From NCBI GenBank assembly GCA_943704425.1, contig CALSCP010002128.1:1-64000 (forward strand): DNA of 64,000 nucleotides, written 5' to 3'. This DNA comes from Ministeria vibrans ATCC 50519. Taxonomy: Eukaryota > Protista > Filasterea. The notes beneath the pieces were generated by a model that had not been told where the DNA came from, searched no databases, and was given only the letters and a program-made list of their open reading frames with translations. Made by a program: the position numbers and the translations under genes. Of the stretch, positions 1-13,134 are shown piece after piece (within the stretch, counting starts at the first letter, position 1; every line of letters starts with the position of its first letter).

Positions 1-525
1 AAAAAAAAAAAAAAAAAAAAAAAAAACGGATGTCTTGCGGGTGTGGTCAAGAGAACCCCAAGGAGAGAGGTAGCATCGTGTGAGGAGCTCCTTGCGTGGA
101 GCTGACACACAAACGTCAGAAGGACGCTGAACTGTTCACTCTGGGAATCAACCAGAGAGCGTGCTGTAGGCGGGCGCTGACACGATCGGGGGGCATGCCA
201 AACACCATTTGTTTCATGGCGTAGGGATTTCAAAGGGTAGAGAGCAAGCGAACACTTGAGGTGTGTTGATATGATTTTTTTTTTTCCACAAACATTTCGA
301 TCGAACCCCTCAACCCCAAAAGTCAATAGAGCGGCAAAACGACGGAAGGTCGAAGTAAGGCAACAAGAAGTTCGGTGAAGAGCAGTGCCAGCTCCGACAG
401 TCACCGGCGGCGAGCCGATTTGAAGACGTCTGTCGTACACCACAATCCCGAATCCTTCCCACAAGGTTTTTGTGAAAAGCAATAAAAAAAAAAAAAAAAA
501 ACGCTGTCTGGCCGCAATTGGCTTC

Positions 526-867
526 TTAAGAGGAACCCACACGGTCAACGACACGTCCACCCGCCAGGGCATGACTGGTGTTCATTATCACGCGCAAGGG
601 AGAGAGCGAGCGGCGAGGGAATGCGTGAGAGCGAAAGAGAACGCGCGACCGAGTGCGAAAACGATCGAAGTCCTCTGGCGACCTCTTCCTTACCGTTGTA
701 AACGAGTGAGATATGGTAAAGTCGCAATCTTCGTTTGCGTTGATGACCACATCGAAAACGTTCGTGTTGGGTCGACACGAAACGGCGTTTGCCAAAGTGA
801 GATTGAACGCCAGCAAAAGCGCCGCAACAACCACAAAGAGCGGTCGAGCACCGCTGCTATGTCTCAT
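526..867 (-). CDS. Putative secreted/membrane protein, 5' part only; downstream exons unresolved
   Basis: ORF starts MRHSSGARPLFVVVAALLLAFNLTLANA (signal-peptide-like); GTAAGG donor after ...SHSFTT (~694) suggests an intron; no family recognised. Confidence 0.4.
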   Translation of the reverse strand: MRHSSGARPLFVVVAALLLAFNLTLANAVSCRPNTNVFDVVINANEDCDFTISHSFTTVRKRSPEDFDRFRTRSRVLFRSHAFPRRSLSPLRVIMNTSHALAGGRVVDRVGSS

Positions 868-1251
868 GGTTGCTCACGAGATGACAATGAAAGAAAATAA
901 ATGAGAAAGTACTCAATACGTCAAACAAGTAGTGAGAAAATGAAAAAAAAAAACAAAAAAAATCACACGGTCCTTTGCTTTACGCACGCAGATAGATAAG
1001 AGAAACGTGATAAGATAATTAATTCATTATTATTATTATTACTATTATTATTACAGAGACGGCTAATGGGTGTTGTCTAGTGTTGATCTCATAAATCATG
1101 ACATGATGATGGGCGAAGGAGATGGACAAAGTAAAGCGAGCTGCGAACAAAGGTGCGTTAGGATTTGTATTTTGAATTTTTTGAGTTTTCAGTTGGACAA
1201 AAATCATTCTGAGAGGTGTTTATTGGGAGCGGTGCCAGTCGGCTAGCGTTA

Positions 1252-2395
1252 TCATGACACGGGGTCGAGCAATGCCGCCTCAAGGGATTTGACCTGTACC
1301 AAATAAAAAGGAGAGCCACCTTCTACAACCGCAAACCAAGAGCATTCCGCAACAACACAACAACCCGCAAGCGATTCGGAAAAAAAAAAAAAAAAAAAAG
1401 ACGAAATTGCGTACCCTGGCACCGGCAGAGAGATCGATGTGGCGGTCACCCACAGTGACAATGAGGCCGGCAATAAGGGATTCGTCGACCGTATGTGTCA
1501 CAACGGGCTTCTCGTGTGCCTTGCACAGCGACTTGAGCGATTCGTTCACCTCCTTTGTCTGGGCAGCAGAGAGTGGCTAAAAGTCCAAAGGAAGTGTCAA
1601 AATGTTTGTTCGTATGCATAAACAATGGCACAGTCAAAGTGCAAGGAATCAATGAAACGTGCGTCGTGTACCGTTGCCGATGTCACCGTGATGTTTACTT
1701 CCTGGCGATGTGCCGACATGAGTTCCTCAAATGCAGCAATGATCGAGTCGATCTTGTTCAGTCGGTTGTTCTGCGCCAGAAGCGCTGCAGAGTTAAGAAG
1801 GAAGAGGAACAAAAACAAGAATGAGGAGATAAAAAGATCCATTGAGGGTTGATGGTCAACTAGGTTGCAGGATCACAATTACGTACATGCAAAGTTTACA
1901 ACGACCGGCGACATTTTCTGTTTTGTGAGCGCCGCCTCAATTTCCTTCTACACTCCAAAGACGGATGAGAAAAAGATTGTTTCGCGAAAAACACACATAC
2001 CGCCTTAGAGGAACGCGACACGATTGGCGACTCAGCAAACTCGCGGAATCTCTTATCAGTGTCGAGAAGAGACTTGAGCTCTAAGTGCAGAATCACACAG
2101 GAAATGAGATGTAAGAGTGGTTTTTTTTTTTTTTTTTTAAAGACATGTCCGAAAATCGTCGCGTACTCTTCATGTCGGCTTCTGTGGTCGAGAGAGAGTT
2201 TTGCTTCTGTGCTGCCGTGTACAATGCCGAGGAGTAGCGGCCGGAGATGCCAAACAGGCGGACAGGAAGCTACAAAAAGAACGAAAAGACAATCAGACGA
2301 GAATCAGGAGAGCCGCCAACCCGTAACACGAGACAGAGTGCATTGTATGATAGACGTTCAGCCATTGGAATCAAAGAAGCTCAATACGATTATGC

Positions 2396-2439
<44 letters not shown>

Positions 2440-2566
2440 TTCTGTGAGATGTCCAAAACGTAAAGCTTGTCATCTCATCAGGTACACCGTAGCATTGTGC
2501 GTGGAAAAAGCGTTTGAAAAGGGGTCAGATAAGGACAGAGTGAGAGAGAGAGGGAGACAGAGAGAC

Positions 2567-2605
<39 letters not shown>

Positions 2606-2613
2606 GAGAGACA

Positions 2614-2645
<32 letters not shown>

Positions 2646-2740
2646 AGACATACATTTTGAGCGGCTGCTGTTGCCATAGCGCGTGATGCAGCCAATGATC
2701 CAGCGGATCGAGACACAGCAGAGAGGGACGCACGGAGCAT
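1252..2740 (-). CDS. ATP5PO: Mitochondrial ATP synthase subunit O (OSCP), multi-exon
   Basis: Transit peptide MLRASLSAVSRSAGSLAASRAMATAAA; exons encode LKSLLDTDKRFREFAESPIVSRSSKA, LLAQNNRLNKIDSIIAAFEELMSAHRQEVNITVTSA, VDESLIAGLIVTVGDRHIDLSAG, ending VKSLEAALLDPVS*; OSCP/delta family pattern. Confidence 0.93.
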
Positions 2741-3213
2741 TGTACGAGAAATGAAGAAAAAAAATCTAATCAATTTTTTGATCTTTTCAAAGGTGTTTAA
2801 GTTTCAAAGTAATAAATAAACTCGAATCATTCAAGTGCGATAACTAAGGTAAAATGAGCTACTTAGTCAATAAAACGTCAACGTTCCCACTTGGTTTGTG
2901 GGTTAGAATTTCCATACGTGATACGAGGACCGAGGACCGAGGTACGGGTATGAGTACTGACTTATACTTTATGAGTCGTTCCAGACTTTGACACACCTTT
3001 GATGCACGACTAAGTCGACTATGAACACAACGTACTCACTCACTCACATTATTTACATTAACGAATTCAAAACAAAAAGAGAAATTAAAAATAAATAGAA
3101 GAATCAAGAGCTAAAAAATGCAGGGAGTATCGGTTCAACGCGGATAATAATAATAATAAAAATATTTCAATGGTCTTCTCCCGAACAGGTAGTAAGTGAA
3201 ACAGAAAAAAAAA

Positions 3214-6200
3214 TCAGCACTCATCGTCGCCGGCTACATCATCCTTGGTGTCGGGCAGACAGTTAACGCAACAGGGACCCTCTTTGAAGGCAGCAAAGTT
3301 CTCGTCGTCGCCAATGACTCGCTTGCACTCAGTACACGTAAAGCACGTCGCGTGATACACCACCTCGAGGGCCTAAGGAGACAAACACAAAGTTTAACTC
3401 AACGTCAGGGCTCGGTCCATGGGCCCCTACCTGAACGCGCTTCTCGTCGTCTGCAATGAGTTTGGAGCAGTGCGCACAGACGGATCCCAAGATCTTGTAG
3501 TAGTGCTCCTCGCACAGCGGTTTCCCTTCCAGTTCGTAAAATGACGGCGACGGAAACGGCCTAACGTTCAAGAAGCCAAAAAAAAAAATGAGCATCACTG
3601 CATCTCCCCACCCGAACCCTCGCCATTTATTCCTTATCCCTTTGTCACACCACAACCACACAATAAGGCTACAACAAAATAACGTACACTTTGCACACGT
3701 CGCAGCAGAAGCATTCGGGATGAAAGAGCGAGCCAAGCGCGTCAATGCAGTCGTCCGCAATGAGTTGATCGCAAACACTACAGAGACAAAAAAAAAACGA
3801 GTCAGAGTGATCAGCACACTACGACTTGTACGTACCTGCACACATGACACTCGGGATGCCAACGAGCGCCTTCGCTCTCAATGTAGTTGCCCACAATAAT
3901 CTCCTTGCACTTGGCACACGCCGCTCCAAACAACTGGTAATAATCATCCATGCTACAGAGAGAGAGAAAAAATTCAGTTTGCGAGGGTGTCTTGTTGTTT
4001 TGGGTGTTTCGCATGCTTACCAGTAGGGCAGTTCGTTCTTGTCAAAAAATGTGCGCTCACCAATGGGCTCTTTGCAGTGGGCGCAGCAAAAGTGTGTCAT
4101 GTGCCACGTCTTGCCCATTGCCCGCAACACATAGTCGAAAATTGGCTCGTCGCAGTCGGCACACTTTGGACAGAACAACACCTAGGTAGATAGGACAACA
4201 CCCGACGAAAAGAGTGTCAATTTGACAGGGTGATCAAAAGTGAGACCATACTTCGTAGTCTTTCTCGCAGTAGGGTTTGGAGTCGGTCTCGCTGACTATA
4301 AAGGGGCTCGTTCCAAAGGGCACTTGGCAGTGCTCGCACGCAAAACATTTCTTGTGCCAGTTGCGTCCCATTGCAGAAACCTAATCATACACATAATAAA
4401 TACCACAACGTCCCAACCACCCATTCAAGGACGTACGCCATTTTCTTTGTGGTGAATCGCCTTGCGACAGAGCGCACACAAGCCAAGTTCTAACTGTCCT
4501 TGCGTGATCAGTACAGAGCGTCGTCGCTGGTATTTTCCCGCCCAATTCTGCCATCTACATATCACGATGTATAAAAAAGGAATAAAGAAAAACAAATCTA
4601 ACCTTGAGTTGCTGGAGAAACGCGAGAGGAGATCCTCAAGAAGCATTCGCTGGGTCTTTTCACGATGAAAGCCAGGCACATGGTCGTAGGCACTCTTGAC
4701 TCCATTGATCATTTTGGTCAGTACATAGCTGCGCAGGCCCTCTGCGTCAACAAAGTCTCGAGCTTCTCCGCCACTCAGATCCGGTCCAAACGACGGAACC
4801 TACGTGACAAAGAGTGAGAAACAAAGACAGAGAAACGAAAAACAACAATGAAAGATCCTACCTCCTTCTTGCTGGTGACAGTGAACCGGTAAAAGGTTCG
4901 GTCAGCAATGGCCTGGTCAAATCCCGTAACACCAATGACCTGGTTGACCTTGGACGCCTGGTAATCCGGCTGGAAAGGTGTCTCGCCCTCCTTGAACACA
5001 ATCACGCCAATGTCGTTGCCAATCTTTCGTTTGCGCTCCATCTATAAACATAATGATAAGAATAAGATGAGAAAATAATAACAATAATAACAATAATAAT
5101 AATAATAATTATATTTTAATCTAATAACAACACCAATAATAATAACAAAAATATAATAATAACAAAAATATAATAATAACAAAAAATATAAAATAAATTA
5201 TAATAATAATAAATAACAAGACGCATTATTTTTCGTTTTAACCTGTTGTTTGTCCTTCTTGTTGTATGGCAGCAAAGTGGAGACATGGAACATAATGTCG
5301 AAGCCACCAAAACGCGTGTGAAAGCCGTACTTGGTCCCAGACGCAGCGGCTGCTGCCTTGTCGAGCCCCGCAAACTTAGCAAGCTCCTGGTCGCTAAAGT
5401 CCGACAAGGACACCTGTTTGGCAATCATCGACATGAAAATGTAAAAGTCTTCGCTCCCTTCCTCGTTCGACAGCATCTCGTCAATCGTCGGCTGGTTCTC
5501 TCGCCCGTACACCACGCCCAAGCACAGGCGTTGAGCCTACAGAGATACAAATTAATAATAAAGAAACGAAAAAAAAAAAATTCACGAACCTGAGTCATGT
5601 CTTCGAGCTTGCGCAAGTCCGTCTGTAGACGCTCGTGAGCTTCCTTGCCGACAAACATGAGCGCATTAAGAGAGCCCTTTTTGACACCAGTCGCCTCGCA
5701 AATTGTGTCAAACACCTCCTTGGTCGACGTGGTCACCGTGCCGCGCACCGTCGACGACAGCTCGTCCGTCGACTTGCCGGTCGTCGTGTTTTTTTCAAAA
5801 TGCGCCTGTCTCATTCCCGTTGCCGTCCACAGAATAGCGCGGTGGAAGTACTGCATCGAACCCTGTAACAAACAATTCAAAAAAAAAAAAGATTAGTATA
5901 TTATTATCATTGCAATCAACGTCTTCTTCTACGCCGTACGTCTGTTTCCATCTTCTCCTTTGCCAGCGACAGTGCTACGGCACCCAGTTCTTCGTGTTTC
6001 CCCACGTAGTTCTGATGAGGCTTGTCGAAAAAGTACTTCTCATACCAGCGCTCCTTGGTGTGCTCAATGGAGAACATTTTCGGTTTCAACGACGCCTGAC
6101 CGCGTACCCGCACACTCAGTTTGGCAGTGGCTCCATCCGCACGAAATCCTACACGGCCCGTCAAACCCAAGCGGTAAGTGGCATACATACATGCAAGCAT

Positions 6201-6813
6201 ACACATCCACAGCGTATAAAGCAATGTGAGTACCTTCCACTGAGTCGTCCACCAGCTTGTCCGTTCGGTCGCCTTTGGGTACATGCCACATCCCCGGCGA
6301 CGACGGCACCGATCGGGGTGAGTGGGGCGGCGATCCTTTGCGAGTCAGCTGCATGTCATCCTCCGCTTTGCGCACGACCACCGGCGAGTTTTTCAAACTC
6401 GATGGTTTGTTCTGAGTAGAGTGAGAAAGTTAGAAAAAAAAAAAAAAAAAAAAAAACAAACGGAACGTTTTCACAGGACAAAAAGAATCACATTCACACC
6501 CTTCTGCGAGAGGCACAATAACAGCATGGAACATGTACCACTGTGTACCACACCCAACCGTAAAAGGCTCAGGTGAAGCGGTAGAGTGACTTTTTTTTTT
6601 TGAAAATTCAACACCGCAAAACAACGCAATAAATTTGCCACAAAGGTCGCTGAGGGCTTCCACAGATGCGCCCAAGCGATGGAAACGGGCCTTTATAAAG
6701 GACAGTCACACATGTGATCGATTTCATTCGCGTAGTGACGAAAACGGTGGAAAGCCAAAGGGGAAACAAACGTAATGCCAAAAAAAAAAAAAAAAAAAAA
6801 AAGGAGAGAGAGG

Positions 6814-6849
<36 letters not shown>

Positions 6850-7188
6850 GAGAAAGAGTTGAAGACGAAGACGAAACAACGACGAAGGGAACAGCGTCAG
6901 CAAAGGGTACGACGTGGTCCTGGCGACCAGCCCAACAGCGCCGATGACTCGGTGTGGGGCGCAACGCAGCGCAGTCAGATTTTGTCGACGTCACCGATAA
7001 CTTTACGCCTTGTTTTCTCGCGCGAGAACAACACATTCGCCCGCAGAGAGCAATCGGGTGCATGCCCCTGCGCAACTACACGATCGACACCACACCTTCT
7101 TTTCAAGAGCTTTGCGCTCCTTTTCCTCTCGCTTCACTTTCTCTTTCGCCTCTTTCTGCGCCTTCTTCTCTTCCTTTGTCAATCCCAT
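3214..7188 (-). CDS. Rap/Ran-GAP domain protein with C-terminal tandem LIM domains, multi-exon; 5' end uncertain (clear coding from ~6400, candidate ATG 7188)
   Basis: Rap1GAP motifs WYEKYFFDKPHQNY, GVVYGRENQPTIDEMLSNEEGS, FHVSTLLPY, ERKRKIGNDIGVIVF; then LIM motifs WHMTHFCCAHC, CAKC...WHPECHVC, FYELEGKPLCEEHY, CAHC...YHATCFTCTEC; stop at 3214-3216. Confidence 0.85.
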
Positions 7189-7860
7189 CGCGACGTTTCT
7201 CACGCTGGTGTACAGACACGTCTGACAAAGAGGTACGATGATATTTTAATTATTTTAATTCTTTAATATTTATTTTTCAAATAGTTGAAACAAACCAAAT
7301 AAAAGGCGATCACAAGGCGATACTACGAAAAAAAATTACAGGGACTGGGTGATTACAGGGCATCCGCGAAGGGCCGAAGGCGTAAGGGAAGCCAGTCAAG
7401 ACTCAAGCCACACTGGTGAGTGACTGGTCAGTGCCTCAGTGGTCAGTGGTCACTGTTCACACTCTACTCACTGACTGCCGACTGGTGGGCTGTTAAATGA
7501 TAATTGTAAATCGGGCATGATCAGTCTGCAGTCATGACAAGCCTTGTCGGTCTTCCTTGAGCGATGAGTCGTCTCATTAAGATATCGGCGATACGGTGAT
7601 ATGCCAACAAGTCAACAACACTTGTAGACAGACGACAGTAGAGTGAATAGATACCAATTAATAATTATCAATGTACCCTAGACTAGACTAGCGGTACTAC
7701 GAGATAGTGAGTGGGTGTGACAGAATTTTAATCAACAGTTTTAATTATTTTCGTTTCAATTTCACTTCTTTTCGACATATTTTGAAGGGAGAAGGGAGAA
7801 GATTCAGAGAAACTACCTTACATTACCCGCTCTCCACGCACTGCAGTCTCCGCAAAGCAA

Positions 7861-9231
7861 ATGTCACTTTTCGTTTCGGGCGAGGAGAGCAGCTATTCGA
7901 CAGCAAAAGAGTTTTACCTTCCCGGCGCGCCTTCGAAACGCCCGTCAAGCACTCCCGAACAAGAGCAACCCGATTTTCATTATTCCTTGAGTGCGGCCGG
8001 CCGGCAAAATGGACCGGGAAACTGGAGTGTGAGTTGTCGCAAACGCGTTTCAGACCTCAAACCGACACGGCGCGTTTTTTCTTATTATCTCCTCAACCAC
8101 TGCTAGGAATACAGCGGCGACCAGTTGACGCTGTCTATTCTCAAATCAACGGGCCATTTGGTCATCATGGCCGACAAAGTTGTTCATGTACGCACACCAA
8201 CCAACTGTTGAGGAATTGTGTAGGACATTTCGCTCTGCACTGTTTTCTCAGCATGCGCAACGCGCTTCCAACACGCTAAACCCGCGATTACCCGTGTATA
8301 TTACCTAGGAATGCCACTCGCTTGTCCACGGTTCTCAGGGGCGCTTGAAGATCTCCGTTAAAGAGGATGTCATTTCGCTACTGGCTCGCATCGACGGTGA
8401 GCGCTCTATTCGAGTCAAGATGCGTTTTCGCGACGGCGCAAACGCTGCACAAGACGCCGGTATTCATATATTTCATATTAGTTCTTGACTCGCCTTCTAC
8501 TCGGGGCATCGACTAATGCATAGTCTTATAACACCACTCCACTTTCCATGTATGTGGAGTGTCCCTGCAGGTCGAGAACTGGTCGCGTTTATGCCTGTCT
8601 TGGCGCATGATTGTAGCTTCGCTATTGCCTTGGAGGATATGCAAACATCAGTGGCAACTGCAACATCTTCGACAACAAAGGTATTTTAATGCGAATATTC
8701 AATTAGAGTATTATCACTTTAAATTCTCAAAGCAATAATAATAGAAAAAGAAAAAGAAAGAACAATAATAATAATAGCTGATATGTTTTGACATGTACAA
8801 CTCTCGATTATCTATTTTTCTTAATAATAATAATGATTATTATTACGATTATTATTGTTATTAATGTTTATTATTGTTATATCTTATTGTTATTATTGTT
8901 ATTAATGTTTATTATTGTTATATCTTATTGTTATTATTGTTATTATTGTTTATTATTGTTATTATTGTTATTGTTATTATTATTATTATTATTTTGGTAC
9001 AGCTAGTCTCGAACTCTGCCATTTTCTAAAAAAATATTAATTCATTATTAGTATAATAATAATTATTCTTCCTTCATACTATAGAGTATTGCCGAGTCGG
9101 CACGCGTGTCTCCAAATGCGCTGATGCCACCCTTACAAATGGAGCAATATATCCGTTTGTGTCTTCTTGACCCAACCTTTCCTGATTTTGTAGCGCAGGT
9201 TGAGCGCACCCTTTACACCATTCTAGAATAA
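7861..9231 (+). CDS. REC114: Meiotic recombination protein REC114-like, about 5 exons
   Basis: Spliced: ...HYSLSAAGRQNGPGNWS|EYSGDQLTLSILKSTGHLVIMADKVVH|ECHSL...IRVKMRF (PH-like N-terminal domain) and C-terminal QYIRLCLLDPTFPDFVAQVERTL, matching the REC114 C-terminal LRLCLMDxxFPxFVxxVE signature as I recall it. Confidence 0.82.
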
Positions 9232-9634
9232 AAGGTTAGTTTTGTGCTGCTGCATGTACACCTCTCGGTTGTTTTGGAAGTCTTATAATTAGAGCAAAAG
9301 ATTCATTGTATAGCTCTTGCGGAGTATATTATTATAATATTATAACACTTGTACGGGTGGCGTTAATTGACGATGTAATAATTATAGGAATTAGAAGTAA
9401 AACTTTAATCAAGGGAGAACAATAGTACTACAATTTCCACCATAGGCTAGCCCTAAGAAGACGGAGCTCCCATAGACGCACAGGGCTCTATATGTTCGAT
9501 ATTCGAGATTCAAGTCGACTCAGTTCACGAATCACGAGTCAGTGTTCAGTCAGTGTTCGTTCGGTGATCAGTTATTTCATTCAAAATTGCCACAGACTGT
9601 ACACGCCACGCTCCTTTAAGGCTTGCTCTTGGCA

Positions 9635-11344
9635 ATGATTCGGTGGAGCGGACGCTATAACATCGCGATACTGTCCATGTTCATTTTGACTTTGCTACTG
9701 TTGCTTGTGACTCTGAAGGATGACAACACACGAGTACGACTGGCGCTGATGCGGTGCACCGTCATGATTGCGTGCAACCCTCTTGTATAGATAGCCTGCG
9801 GAATCGAAGCGGACGAAGTGCGTATGCGAGAAAAGCTGCGAATGTACGACAATCGAGAGAAACTTCAAACTGCTCTGCAACTTCGTCCTTCTCCCTCTTG
9901 CATCCGATAGATTTGTCTACGACGATTTAAAAGCCGGGCGCGAGTATCCAAATAAGGAGGACTACAAGTACGCAGCGGAGGTGGTGTTTGCAGAGCAGCT
10001 GCGGGCAAGCGCCTATGCCGTGAGCGACGGCCGCGTCGCAAACGCGTTTTTCATTCCCATTCGTTGCGCTGCATATCGATTTGCAGTGAGCGATCGCGTG
10101 CAAGGGGGCGCGCTTGCTGCAGTAAGAGGGAAATGACCGCAATCAACGCGCGGAGGGTGCAGTGAGAAGAGTGAACAATTGGAACATAACACAACGACGT
10201 AGAAAACCGCTCAGGCAATGATTGCCGAACTGCGCGAGCGCTATCCCTACTGGGACCGCAACCAAGGGGTCGATCATTTCTACGTGTGCTCTCACGATAT
10301 GGGTGTGGAAGTGGCGAGCACGAGCGCGCGCCTCCGGCTCCATGCGATTGCAATGGTGCACTCGGCCGACACAGACGACATTGCTGACGAGTCTCAGCGC
10401 ACTGCATTTGTGCCTGGAAAGGATTTGAGTATTCCTCCTACCAGCCTGGATATCAATGCACTCACGCATTTTACTTCCGCCACACACCGAAAGCACCTTG
10501 CTTTTATAGCGGGCACTATGTCGTAAGGTTAAAACAATAATCATAATAATACTCACTGAAAATTTAAAAATTATTCTTTTTATTTCACCGGGTTGCGTTG
10601 TTTACCAACACAATCATTAACAATAATAATAATAATAATTATTATTTATTTTTCCTTGTCTAATGGCAGAAAAAAAACATAAAAATTAACCAATCAAGCT
10701 TTGGTATTCTTTTCGTATTGTTTTATTGCAGGCGGGGACGAGTAAGACCACGACTGCTTGACATGTACAAGACGAGTCAGTACATTCGTATTTTTGACAA
10801 CCATATGGCATTGGAGAAGGTACGCCGAACTTGAATAATACAAAAATATAATAATATTATTATAGTATTATTATTCATTTGAACTCCTCTGTGTGTTGTA
10901 TGTAATCTTGTTTTTGACATAGAGTACAGCTCTCGATTCTCTATCAAGTATTATTTTTCTTATTATTAAATTTTTCTTATTTAGTACGTGCGTTGGCTTC
11001 ACACGTCCGAGTTTTGTCTGGTGGTTCGTGGCAATCGCGGATGGTCTCCACGTCTTATCGACGCCATTGTAACGGGGTGCATTCCCGTGGTCATTGCTGA
11101 TCACTATGAGCTGCCACTACAGGGCATTGTAGACTGGGCTTCCATTTCCGTGCGCATTTCCGAGAATGATATTGGAGATTTGCAGCGCATTCTCGAGCGC
11201 ATTTCTGCGACACAGCGCGAAGCAATGCGCACCGCACTCTCTGTGGTGGCACCTCGTTTTGTGTGGCAACGTGATTCGCACGCGGTGCCTTCGCGTGCCT
11301 TCGAATCGGTTCTACTGCTTCTCTTTCGCCGTCTGAACCTGTAA
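9635..11344 (+). CDS. Exostosin-family glycosyltransferase (GT47), type II membrane, multi-exon
   Basis: N-terminal signal anchor (IAILSMFILTLLLLLV); motifs ANAFFIP, YPYWDRNQGVDHF..SHDMG, SEFCLVVRGNRGWSPRLIDAIVTGCIPVVIADHYELP. Confidence 0.9.
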
Positions 11345-11528
11345 TCGTTATTATTGTCCTTATAATTATTATTATTGTATACGACGCAGTGAACATCATT
11401 ATTATTTTATGATAAAAGTAATATTTTTCTTAAGTATTCCACATTATAATGATATTATTCCATTTTTATTGTTATAATAATAAGCATTATTATGAATCTT
11501 GGTATCAATAATAAAATAATATCAATCA

Positions 11529-12804
11529 TTAATTGAAGAAAAAAAAGGAGAGAATGTACAGGAGAGAGAGAAAGAAGAGAATTCGGGCGTGAGTGCGATA
11601 AGACGCGAGAAAGCGCAAATTGAAGTGGAAGGAAGAAGGAGCAACGGTGGTCTGGGGCGACGCATGCGACGCATCAATGAGCACAGGTGCACTGTCGAGC
11701 TCAAACTGTGCAACACAATATTGTTTACAAACGTCTTCATATAAATAATAGATCTTCTTACTCGGGCGTTGAGATGGAGCGAAAGAGAGACAAAAAGACG
11801 CACAAGTGCGGGATGTTCGTAGGTGCGAATGGGCTGTGTAAGTGGATCGCACACCATCGGAACGGCACGGGGAATGCACTTGTGAGTGCCGCGAATAAGC
11901 TATACGGGAAGAGGCGATCAAAAGGGGATGGGCTATGTCCTTGGGAAATGCAGTTGCGGACCTGTTCACGGCCAGCATCAGAAAGAAAGAGCGGCTCGAG
12001 AGGCGATTCCTTGAGCTGTGGTTCAAGATGAATGAGTTGGTTGGGGGATCGACTGGGACTGGCATTGCGACGGGCGAAGGTGCCGCGCTGCAGACCATCG
12101 GGGCTGGAGCTGCTGCTGCTGCTGCTGCTGCGACTATTGCTGCCGTTGGGACTGCTCATTGATGAGCGCAGTCCCTTCTTAAGCTCGGCACTTCCGTCAA
12201 ACTACACCATCATCATAAACGAAGTAAGCTTAAACAAAAAATACTACAGCCGAGTGGGTGTACATACGTTGAATGCAGTGCCAAGATACACAGTCGTGTC
12301 ATACAAAACCTTCTTGTGCTTTGAGATCTACACAAACGCGCAAATAAGTGCAGAGTCGACAAAAAACATATTATAGAGTTGAAAGAAAAAGAGAGAGAGA
12401 GAAAGAGGACCAAAGAAGTGATAGTAGAAAGAGAGGAGAAAGACACAAGTTGATAAAGAGAGAGAACGGAGAAAAAAGCAAAGTGAAAAAGAGAAGAGAA
12501 GGAAACAAAGTGATAAAGAGAGAGGAGAAAGAAAAAAATATAGTGTGATAGAGAAATAAACGTGAAAGAAAAAAGGTCAAAACACCAAAAGGCTGTTGAG
12601 CTGGATAAAACAAACCTCTTGGAGCGAACGACCACCGCCCGTTAGCTCGAGCGAGTTGGACTGGGCGCGCCCGCCCATGACCCAATCGACAAGCCGGGTC
12701 GACAGACTGCGACGAGCCATTTGCACCTGTTGCTCACGCTCATCCTCCTCTGCCAATGCCAGCGACGAGAATGCCAGTTGCAGTTGGGGCAACAGCTGAT
12801 GAAC
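11529..12804 (-). CDS. SMPD4: Sphingomyelin phosphodiesterase 4 (nSMase3)-like, 3' exons only
   Basis: Spliced exons give LSDAGREQLIRG...DPLTQPIRTYEHPALVRLFVSLSLHLN...FNLRFLASYRT plus a hydrophobic tail, resembling the SMPD4 C-terminus (QPIRSYE..LVR; LRFLGSYRT). 5' portion absent. Confidence 0.72.
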
Positions 12805-12877
12805 CTGTTCGTCAAAACAAAAAGAACAATTAAGGATCATATCATTCGAGAAAACGAATAGAGTAGTGAGGCAGAGA

Positions 12878-12999
<122 letters not shown>

Positions 13000-13134
13000 C
13001 AAACACATAAATTAATACTAATAAAAATAATAATTATTATTATTATAATAATAATAATAATAATAATAATAATTTATTGTTATTATTATTATCGTTATTA
13101 TTGTTATTGTTCTTTCGTGAAAAGATATTCGTAC

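Noticed and set aside
8760-9006. Hydrophobic ORFs from (TTA)n/(CT)n tracts here and at 20496-20705, 28058-28526, 46298-46833
   Set aside because: Translations of intronic microsatellites.
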